DNA from: Cyanobacteria bacterium auto_48_18
Lineage (GTDB): Bacteria; Cyanobacteriota; Vampirovibrionia; Obscuribacterales; Obscuribacteraceae
Reading direction: 5' to 3'
Length of the DNA: 64,000 nucleotides
Assembly: GCA_036170915.1 (NCBI GenBank)
Contig: JAVHQC010000035.1
Coordinates: forward strand, 256,001 to 320,000
Shown in pieces: positions 30,539 to 38,798 of this stretch (positions are counted from its first letter, which is position 1; every line of letters starts with the position of its first letter). The translations under genes and the position numbers were made by a program. The notes beneath the pieces were generated by a model. That model was not told where the DNA came from. It worked only from the letters and a program-made list of their open reading frames with translations, and made no database searches.

Positions 30539-31065
30539 CTGCCCTTTGAGAACTCCATGGCTTCGCCTATTGCAGCTCGGAATTATTGTAACAGCGTGGG
30601 CAGTCCTGTCACCATCAGGGCAGTAACTTCTTTATATACCCTATATTCTCTACGATCTAATCCTTTACTCATTTGAACGAACCCTGAGCCCCTGGGCCTT
30701 TGCGGGCGGATGGAGAAACTCACTCCACAACTATCAATGATGAAAAGGGGCATTATCAGACGCCACCAGCGATAACGCGCAAACACACCGCATATTCAGC
30801 ATATATCATCTGCAACATACTTCTGCCGGACGAGCAGAATTTTGTCTTCGCCAGCAAAATAATCTATATGGGCGCTCAAGAGATAAACTAGTAGTATCTT
30901 TCTGCTTCGCGCTAGCTAAAGCAGCTGTGTTTGGGGGAATCTTACGAGAAGCATGGGAAAAATCCCAGTAGCAGGCTATTCTTTAAATGGTTAAGCTGAC
31001 CTCATAATATTTATTCCAGGCACTGATAAATGGCCACAGACCGGCGTTCTTGAATTTTCAAAGAA

Positions 31066-33174
31066 GTGATGACAACTACAGGATTTAAAATCGAAAAAAA
31101 ATTTCGCGACCTGGTAATTACAACTGGCCTTGTATTTTCCATCGCCCCTATTGTCTCGCTGACAACAGCCGCCCCCGCCCAGGCCACCAAACTCAACGCC
31201 GCACCGCTTCCCCATCGTGGAGAAGCTAATTCTGACAACCAGAATAATTGGGGCAGGCCTACCAAAAACTTTTCACAGTCGCCCGAGCGCACAGCCTTGC
31301 CTCCATCTATGTGGGAGGGAAGGCGACCTGATTATCGCGATGAAGAAAAGCGTAAAAAACTGGAAGAAGCTGCCAATGCCGTCAAAGCAGCTGCAGAAGC
31401 GAAAAAAGCACAAGAAGCTGTCAGGCGTGCAGAACTTGACCGCATTAATGCCGGCAAGCAATATCAACAAACCGCCATCGATGCCAATAATCGAGGTGTG
31501 GCTCTTGGCCGTCAGGGTCGCATGAATGAAGCGATTGCGCAGCATGAGCTGGCTTGCAAATATGATCCCGGCAACAAGATGTTTCGCACTAACCTGACCA
31601 GCGCCCGCACCATTTATGGTCAGCAGCGCATGGCGCAAAAGGATTATACGGGAGCCGCTCACCTTTTTCGCAAAGCACTGACCGCCGCTCAAGACAATTC
31701 GCTGGCGGCAAAATTATTGAATGAATCAATTCAAAAAACCGGCCTTGATCCCACACTTTCTGATAATCGTGTGGGAATAGGCGATCAGTTAGCGGCATCA
31801 GGTGATCTTGATGGCGCCATGATTGAGTATCAGCAAGCCATGCAGCTTGACCCCAGCGCCCGAACCTACGTCAAAATGGGCGATATGATGTTGCGTTATG
31901 GCCAGGCACCAAATGCTTTAAGCTGGTATCGCAACGCTGTGGTTAAAGATACAAACTATGGCCCGGCTCACAGGCAGCTCGGCATGATGTATATGATGCA
32001 GAAAGATTATGCCTCCGCGGCAGCGTCTTTGCGAAAAGCGGTAATTCTTGATTCGAAAGATGCGGCAGCTGGTCAGGCTTTAATTGATATCTGGCGCAAA
32101 CAGGTCTCTATCAATCCTGAGCTGGCTGAAAATCACCTTGGCCTGGCTGGTGCCTTTCAGCTCACAGGCGATTTTCAATCGGCCGCCGGTGAATATTTGC
32201 AAGTTGAACAGCTTGACCCGGGCAACGCAAGACTGGCTCCAGGGCGAGAAAGTTTGCAGAGGGCAATGAAGCATACAACAGCCGAAAAACACCGAGCTGC
32301 TGCCGAAGTATTTATCAGTCAGGGTCTGGCCCGCGACGCTCTGGCTGAAATTAGTCAGGCTGTCACTGTCGAACCGCGCAATGCCCGCTATCAATTTTTA
32401 ATGGGCGAAGCATTAGAAAGCGGCGGAGATGTTCAAGGGGCATTGCGAGCCTATCACACTTCAGTTTTGATCGACCCTGAAAACAACCAGGAAGCAGCAG
32501 CAAGAATGCGCGATTTGCAATCAAAGATCAATGCTGGTGCCGGTTCTAACAATAGTAATGCTGGCGCCAACAACCCAGCTAATAAAAGAAGTGCTCGCAC
32601 TCTTTATGAAGGCGTGCCGCCTCAATCTAATAGTAATGCTAGTGGCGGTGGTGGTGGCGCAGCAATAAGAGAAGCCAGGCAAGAAACACCGTTTACCGGC
32701 AGCTTCCGCACTCACGACGAGTCCGGAAACCCTGTACAGATGACTAATCCAGGTGTAGGTGCCGGCGCAGGTCAGCGAACCGAAAACGCAGTCCCTCAAT
32801 CATCTCCACCACCACAAGCCCGTGCTGAGAGGCCGGCCCCTGCCAATGATAAACAGACTCGCGACAGCCAAACTACAGCTACGCTTAAAGCCTGCGATGA
32901 AATGGAAATGCGCCGAGATTTTCAGGGCGCTGCCAATTTATTGCGAGAAGCACTCTCCAATAATTTGCAAAATGCTGACATTCACCACCGCCTCGGTCTG
33001 AATTTACTCAGTTCAGGTCAACTTTCCGAGTCTGTCTCTGAGCTGCGCATTGCCAGCGCGCTTTCGCCCAGCAACAAAGTATTTGTGGCTGACCTGGCTA
33101 GAGCACTGAATATACACAAACGTTCTCTTTCATCTGATTCAGATCACGTGCAAGGAGCCAATCCCGCTCAATGA
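31066..33174 (+). CDS. Exported multi-TPR protein, 702 aa
   Basis: Signal-like N-terminus ending APAQA, many TPR repeats (ANNRGVAL, AHRQLGMM, NHLGLAGA, IHHRLGLN) and a low-complexity linker. Its stop overlaps the next start (ATGA). Confidence 0.88.
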   Translation: MMTTTGFKIEKKFRDLVITTGLVFSIAPIVSLTTAAPAQATKLNAAPLPHRGEANSDNQNNWGRPTKNFSQSPERTALPPSMWEGRRPDYRDEEKRKKLEEAANAVKAAAEAKKAQEAVRRAELDRINAGKQYQQTAIDANNRGVALGRQGRMNEAIAQHELACKYDPGNKMFRTNLTSARTIYGQQRMAQKDYTGAAHLFRKALTAAQDNSLAAKLLNESIQKTGLDPTLSDNRVGIGDQLAASGDLDGAMIEYQQAMQLDPSARTYVKMGDMMLRYGQAPNALSWYRNAVVKDTNYGPAHRQLGMMYMMQKDYASAAASLRKAVILDSKDAAAGQALIDIWRKQVSINPELAENHLGLAGAFQLTGDFQSAAGEYLQVEQLDPGNARLAPGRESLQRAMKHTTAEKHRAAAEVFISQGLARDALAEISQAVTVEPRNARYQFLMGEALESGGDVQGALRAYHTSVLIDPENNQEAAARMRDLQSKINAGAGSNNSNAGANNPANKRSARTLYEGVPPQSNSNASGGGGGAAIREARQETPFTGSFRTHDESGNPVQMTNPGVGAGAGQRTENAVPQSSPPPQARAERPAPANDKQTRDSQTTATLKACDEMEMRRDFQGAANLLREALSNNLQNADIHHRLGLNLLSSGQLSESVSELRIASALSPSNKVFVADLARALNIHKRSLSSDSDHVQGANPAQ

Positions 33175-36100
33175 GTTTTTATTTTCAGGCACCAGACTTA
33201 GCTGAATTTCCACGTCGCTCTTACAGGCGTTTCCTGGAAGAAACCATCGGCAATTTATTTTCCGAAATTTCGCCTGTAGCGAGTGAATATTCCGCTCGCT
33301 TCGAACTCACTTTCATTGGCCCAGACGGTAAAGTGCACTGGCGTTTTGAAGATTATGCGCCTGATTCGGGCTATCCGACGTCGCCTGAACAAGCTCGCAA
33401 ATCAAACATGACGCACTCTAAACGCATGATGATGGAAGTGTGGTTGCGCGATACCTTGACCGGCGAATTGCGCAAATCAACCGCTTACGTAACCGACGTA
33501 CCGGTGATTACAGACCGTGGTACTTTTGTTATTAACGGCTCTGAGCGCGTGGTGTTAGGTCAACTGGTGCGCGCCCCGGGCGTCTATTTCAGCCAGGGTG
33601 GTCAGACCAGCTACAAAGCGCTTTTGCTGGCAGAAATGGGTGCACCCATTGCTTTTGAATTAGAACTCGACGCTAGCGGTGGCAAAACCAGCCGGGCAAA
33701 ATGCCGCATCAAATTACCTAAAAGAAGTTGGGTAGCTGCCACCACAGTACTAGCGGCGATGGGCGTCGACGCCCAAGATTTGCAAAAACGCATCGGTAGT
33801 TTGCTCGAACGCAATCGCATCGACTTTAAACCATTAACTCAAACTGAAGCATTAGCCGTTGTTGGCCGCTCGTGGAAACCTGATGGTGGTGGTGGCGCAT
33901 CTGGTGGCGCTACTGCCCTGAAAGAATTGACTGACAGGCGCCGCTATTCCCTGGGCACTCTCGGTCGCAAACGTGTCAACGCCAAACTAGGTATTGAAGA
34001 ACTATCACAGCAACTGAGTGCCGACGACATTCTGGCAGCAGTGGAATATTTACTCGGCTTACCGCTGGACATGGGCCGCACCGATAATATCGACAGTTTA
34101 GAAAATCGCCACTTGCGTGGTGTAGGCGAAACTCTCACAAAGGCTGTGAGGCCAGCACTCGGCCAAATGACCCGCTCTATTCGCACGCGCCTTGAGATGA
34201 ATGAAGATGAAGAAATAGGCTCACCTAACGAGTTGCTCGATATTCGCCCCTTCTCAAATGCGCTCAATAAATATTTTGTCGGCAACCCTCTGGTACAGTA
34301 TCTCGACCAACAAAACCCGCTCTCAGAGCTATCTCACAGGCGCAGAATCACGTCATTCGGACCAGGTGGTATCGACCCCAATGCAGCACCTGTAGAAATG
34401 CGCGACGTGCACCCGTCTCAAATTGGTCGCGTTTGCCTGGTAGAGTCTCCCGAAGGTAAGAATTGCGGCATGGTCTCTTATATGGCCACTTACTGCCGTA
34501 TTGACGACGACGGTTTCATGACTGTGCCCTATAGAAAAGTATTCAATGGCCTGGTATCAGATGAGGTGCAATTCCTCACCCCAGCTGATGACAAACGCTT
34601 TACTCTGGCACCACCTGATACCAAGGTGGTTGAAAACAAAATTTCAGGTCCGATGGTGGCGGCCAGGCGGGGCGAGAACTTCATTGAAGTAACACCCGAA
34701 GAAGTAGACATGATCGGTATTGCCCCGCAAGGCTTCATATCGGTAGGCTCCGGGCTGATTCCTTTCTTAGAACACGACGACGCCAACCGCGCCCTCATGG
34801 GTGGTGGCATGATGCGCCAAACTCTGCCTCTGATTCGGCCAGAGCGGCCGCGAGTAGGCACAGGTATGGAGCGTATCGTTGCTCGCTCCAGCGGACATTC
34901 CATTATTGCCAGACGAGCAGGAACGGTGACGAAAGTAACCGGCCGAGAAATTGTGGTGGCACAGTCGTCCGGCGAATCACGTTCTTATAATTTGACTAGA
35001 TTTGATCGCACCAATCAGAACACCATTTTAGACCAGAGACCGTCGGTGCAGGTAGGACAGCAGGTAGAAACAGGTCAAATTATTGCTGACGGACCAGCCA
35101 TTGACTCTGGCGAACTGGCTCTGGGACGCAATCTATTGATTGCTTTCATGCCCTGGTATGGCTATAACTTTGAAGACGCTATTGTGGTGCGTGAGGGCCT
35201 GGTAAAAGATCAAAAACTAACCCACATTGAAATTGAGAAACATTCTTGCGGCGTGCACCAAACTTTGCGTGGCCCAGAAATTCTTACCCCTGAACTGCCT
35301 AACGTCACAGCTAAAGATCTTGAGCACCTGGATGACCGCGGCATCGCGAAAATCGGCTGTTATGTGAATCCTGGCGATATTCTTGTGGCAAAATTATCAC
35401 CTAAAGAGGCTAAAGCTCTTTCAGCTGAAGAAGAATTGCTGCAAGCAATTTTCGGCAAAGTGGCTGAAGAAATGGGTGATACCAGTTTGCGTGTGCCGCA
35501 CGGCTCAGGTGGCCGAGTGATTGACGTGCGCATTTTCACACCAGAGACCACCCCTGAACTGAAGGCCGGTATCATCTGCGATATCGAAGTCTTAATCGCC
35601 CGCATGTGCCCTGTTGAAGTGGGCGACAAATTAGCTGGACGCCACGGCAATAAAGGTATTGTTTCAATTATCGTGCCCGATTGCGACATGCCCTTCATGC
35701 CCGACGGTACGCCTGTAGATATCTGTCTAAACGCCCTCGGTGTTCCCAGCCGTATGAATGTAGGCCAGGTTTTCGATACTCAACTTGGATATTACGCCAG
35801 CATTCTCAACCGCTACTACCGCATTCACCAGTTTGACGAATCGATTGCACCAGATGCATCATTCAGACTGGTTACAGACGCTCTTAAAGAAGTGCGCAAA
35901 GTGCCAGGCTATGAATGGATGGGTGAAGACGGCAAAGTAGTCTTGACTGACGGCCGCACTGGCGAGAGATTTGACCGCCCTGTGCTGGTAGGTCGGCAGT
36001 ATATGCTCAAATTAAATCAGCTGGTTCTGCACAAAATTAATGCTCGCTCTGGTTTGGGTGGCCCGTATGCCGCAGTCACACAGCAACCGGTGGGCGGAAA

Positions 36101-37004
36101 AGCCAATCATGGCGGCCAGCGTATGGGAGAAATGGAAGTCTGGGGCATTCAAGCCTATGGCGCGGCCAATATTCTGCACGAAATGATGACCATTAAGGCT
36201 GACGACATTCAAGGCAGGCACCAGTCATATGCTGACATGGTGCAAGGCAACCCACTTACGCCAGGTGGTCGCACAGCCGCTTTTGACGGTCTCTGCTGCG
36301 AAATTCGCGGCCTTGGCATGGAGATGACCCTGGGCAAGGTAATTGACTCCTTCGAACCCATTGAAGACCGCTCCTGCGCAGTACCAAATGGGACTTCTAC
36401 GAAAACTCTGGAAGAGAAATATCAGGTCTCATCAGTACAGCAAATGGAGAATAACGAAGGCCAGAAAGTGCTGGAGATCCCTGCTGGGGACTTCGTTCCG
36501 GTCTCCAAGCCACCCGCCTTACCGATCATAACTTCGATGACTAGCGGAAAACACGGTGGGAAACCACGTATTGAAATGTCCCAGGAACCGTTGTTTGATG
36601 ACATAGACGAAAGCGCGCAGGCGCCAGGTGATTCTTCCGCCACCGACGATTTCATCGAAAGGCTATTAAGAGAAGAAGAAGAGGAAGAGCGAAAAGCAAA
36701 GGAAACCAAAGACGGTCCGGCAAACTATCTGGCAGAAGTTCTCACCAGGGAATTAGGTGCGCAATCACCACTCAAAACTTTCCCCTCACTGAGCGAACTG
36801 TCCACACTAGCCCAACAGCTGGTGCTTGTTTCTCAAAAAGATAGCCACCCGCAAACTAATCTAGACGACCAAATCAGCGAACTTAGCGAATTCACAGAGC
36901 TAAGCGGCTACTTCAAAAAAGCAGCACAAAAAACCACAAGTTCAACTTCAACCTTAAATACAACTGAATCGCAAGCGATTCACCAAGAAGACGACTCAAG
37001 TTAA
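33171..37004 (+). CDS. rpoB: Divergent DNA-directed RNA polymerase subunit beta paralog with an acidic C-terminal extension of about 220 aa
   Basis: Colinear RpoB motifs: GTFVINGSERV, DQQNPLSELSHRRR, RDVHPS, PFLEHDDANRALMG, GELALG, MPWYGYNFEDAI, GDKLAGRHGNKG, GVPSRMNVGQ and GGQRMGEMEVW. Many normally invariant positions are substituted and no rpoC is adjacent, so the symbol marks homology only, not necessarily the housekeeping copy. Confidence 0.93.
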   Translation: MSFYFQAPDLAEFPRRSYRRFLEETIGNLFSEISPVASEYSARFELTFIGPDGKVHWRFEDYAPDSGYPTSPEQARKSNMTHSKRMMMEVWLRDTLTGELRKSTAYVTDVPVITDRGTFVINGSERVVLGQLVRAPGVYFSQGGQTSYKALLLAEMGAPIAFELELDASGGKTSRAKCRIKLPKRSWVAATTVLAAMGVDAQDLQKRIGSLLERNRIDFKPLTQTEALAVVGRSWKPDGGGGASGGATALKELTDRRRYSLGTLGRKRVNAKLGIEELSQQLSADDILAAVEYLLGLPLDMGRTDNIDSLENRHLRGVGETLTKAVRPALGQMTRSIRTRLEMNEDEEIGSPNELLDIRPFSNALNKYFVGNPLVQYLDQQNPLSELSHRRRITSFGPGGIDPNAAPVEMRDVHPSQIGRVCLVESPEGKNCGMVSYMATYCRIDDDGFMTVPYRKVFNGLVSDEVQFLTPADDKRFTLAPPDTKVVENKISGPMVAARRGENFIEVTPEEVDMIGIAPQGFISVGSGLIPFLEHDDANRALMGGGMMRQTLPLIRPERPRVGTGMERIVARSSGHSIIARRAGTVTKVTGREIVVAQSSGESRSYNLTRFDRTNQNTILDQRPSVQVGQQVETGQIIADGPAIDSGELALGRNLLIAFMPWYGYNFEDAIVVREGLVKDQKLTHIEIEKHSCGVHQTLRGPEILTPELPNVTAKDLEHLDDRGIAKIGCYVNPGDILVAKLSPKEAKALSAEEELLQAIFGKVAEEMGDTSLRVPHGSGGRVIDVRIFTPETTPELKAGIICDIEVLIARMCPVEVGDKLAGRHGNKGIVSIIVPDCDMPFMPDGTPVDICLNALGVPSRMNVGQVFDTQLGYYASILNRYYRIHQFDESIAPDASFRLVTDALKEVRKVPGYEWMGEDGKVVLTDGRTGERFDRPVLVGRQYMLKLNQLVLHKINARSGLGGPYAAVTQQPVGGKANHGGQRMGEMEVWGIQAYGAANILHEMMTIKADDIQGRHQSYADMVQGNPLTPGGRTAAFDGLCCEIRGLGMEMTLGKVIDSFEPIEDRSCAVPNGTSTKTLEEKYQVSSVQQMENNEGQKVLEIPAGDFVPVSKPPALPIITSMTSGKHGGKPRIEMSQEPLFDDIDESAQAPGDSSATDDFIERLLREEEEEERKAKETKDGPANYLAEVLTRELGAQSPLKTFPSLSELSTLAQQLVLVSQKDSHPQTNLDDQISELSEFTELSGYFKKAAQKTTSSTSTLNTTESQAIHQEDDSS

Positions 37005-37014
37005 ATAGAGCAGG

Positions 37015-37971
37015 ATGAAAACCATGACAGGCGCCGGGAAAAGTCAGCTAAACAGCAAAAGCAGTTTCTGCTTGACCAACCTTCTAAGCGCCTTTTTGTT
37101 TGCTGCAGTGATTGCCCTCACTTCATCAGTCAGTGCTCAAGCCCAGTTTGGTGGCGCTCAACCACCACCCGTAGGTGACGGCAGCACTCCTGCCCCGGTC
37201 ACCCCTGGCGATACTTCTGGTGGTGCCGCCGCTCCGTCGAACAGCGCTGATGCAGGCCCCGGCACAAACAATGCCATCGGCACAGGCCGCGACCGCACTG
37301 TGGTTCGCATATTCAAGCAATCGGCAGGTCGTGGCGCACGCATGGTGCAAACTTTGCGCCCTGATACTCTTTCTGATGAAGCTAGAGCCAGAATCGACGG
37401 CATTCTCGGTATCAACATGTTGTCCGGCGAACAAGCCATCGACATCACCGCTACCGATGCCCAGATTGAACAAATTCAAGAAGCGCTGGCAGCTTATCCA
37501 CAGACCAGTAACAATGCCGGCCGCAAGACTATTACTGGTGACAATCCAGCTGCTGGTTATCCAAGGCCAGGCCGCAACAGCATTTATCGCTTCGATAATC
37601 AGTTGCCTACAGTGGCCACCTTCTCTCGTTATTTAGTTATTTTAGGCGTAGTCTCGGCCACAGTATTTATGGCTCTAGCAGCCTATTCTGTGGTGATGGG
37701 TAACCCTTATGGTGGTGCCAGGGTAATTGGCGCAGCATCTGGTTTGCTCTTCTTAATGGCCGCTTACACAATCTGGAAAATTGTCACCATGAATACTTTC
37801 GGTGCCAATTCACCAGACACTGCTAGAGCTCAAAATCGAACTCAGCAAGGTCTTGTACAAGACGCCTTCATGACCAGGCCGCTCACGCCGGTGACACCTA
37901 ACGGTGGTGTCAATGGTGGTGCTGCCAGAGGCGGAGTGCCGGTGCAACCATTCGGCAACGCAGGCAACTAG
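37015..37971 (+). CDS. Exported/membrane protein with a C-terminal VirB2/TrbC (T4SS pilin)-like two-helix domain
   Basis: Signal-like segment ending AQA, low-complexity linker, then YLVILGVVSATVFMALAAYSVVMGNPYGGARVIGAASGLLFLMAAYTIWKIV. Confidence 0.55.
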   Translation: MKTMTGAGKSQLNSKSSFCLTNLLSAFLFAAVIALTSSVSAQAQFGGAQPPPVGDGSTPAPVTPGDTSGGAAAPSNSADAGPGTNNAIGTGRDRTVVRIFKQSAGRGARMVQTLRPDTLSDEARARIDGILGINMLSGEQAIDITATDAQIEQIQEALAAYPQTSNNAGRKTITGDNPAAGYPRPGRNSIYRFDNQLPTVATFSRYLVILGVVSATVFMALAAYSVVMGNPYGGARVIGAASGLLFLMAAYTIWKIVTMNTFGANSPDTARAQNRTQQGLVQDAFMTRPLTPVTPNGGVNGGAARGGVPVQPFGNAGN

Positions 37972-38007
37972 TTTTAGATCGAATCATTTAAAAGGACCCG
38001 GAAGAAA

Positions 38008-38715
38008 GTGAAAAGAGTGGACACCACAAAACTGTTGAAGAGATTGAATATCTCTCTGATAGTGGCCGCCCTAGCCGGCGTGCAAGTGGCAAGCGCTCAA
38101 CCTAAAAATGAATTTTTCGGCGGCAATTCCAGCACTCCTGCACAAAAAGGTTATTCCAATTTTCAGGGTCCTGCGCCAAAAGGTCCGGCCAACGGTGTCA
38201 CCGCCAAAGGTGCCGGAGCGATGGATTCTGACGCGAGCCCAGAGCTAACCTGGTTTGAAAAATTCGATGGCATTAGTTATCACGGCCGACCTACCGACTC
38301 TGAAAGAATCATTTTGAACATGCCCTTTAACCAGGAGGCAGAGCGTGTACAAAGATGGACAGCAGCTGCAAGTGCTGTTGCTAAAAGATATCGCGAAACT
38401 TCGAAAGCGCTGAAGACTCTACACGCACCTCGCGGAAGAGCTGATTTGGATGATCTCTGTTATGCACGAATTAACTGGTTTAACGATGCAGCTTTAGTTT
38501 ACGAGGAGATGATTCGGCCAAGAAATCCTGCTCAAACCATTGAAGAATTGAACGACCAGTTAAGACAGGTGAAAGACCAAGCTGGTGCACTAAAAAATCA
38601 AAATGTGACAATCTTGGCCTCTGACCGAAAATTGAGGCGATTTTATCGAGTTCATGCACCAAAAGAAACCGACGCCCTTACCGGATACATCAACGGCCAA
38701 TACAAAAAGAATTAG
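38008..38715 (+). CDS. Exported helical hypothetical protein
   Basis: GTG start with AAGGA RBS, signal peptide ending ASA, helical C-terminal domain. Confidence 0.75.
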   Translation: MKRVDTTKLLKRLNISLIVAALAGVQVASAQPKNEFFGGNSSTPAQKGYSNFQGPAPKGPANGVTAKGAGAMDSDASPELTWFEKFDGISYHGRPTDSERIILNMPFNQEAERVQRWTAAASAVAKRYRETSKALKTLHAPRGRADLDDLCYARINWFNDAALVYEEMIRPRNPAQTIEELNDQLRQVKDQAGALKNQNVTILASDRKLRRFYRVHAPKETDALTGYINGQYKKN

Positions 38716-38798
38716 ATCACAGTTACGCAGCTAGCTACCCCACGTCCAAGCACCGCAGACCACAGCAAACCACCCCAAAACATCCGAGGACCTCTTAA

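Noticed and set aside
33171..37004. Housekeeping rpoB, or a prophage/jumbo-phage RNA polymerase
   Set aside because: It lacks an rpoC neighbour and has many substitutions at near-invariant sites, unlike a housekeeping copy. It is colinear with cellular cyanobacterial-type RpoB and has no phage genes nearby, unlike phage enzymes. The housekeeping option cannot be fully excluded without the rest of the genome.
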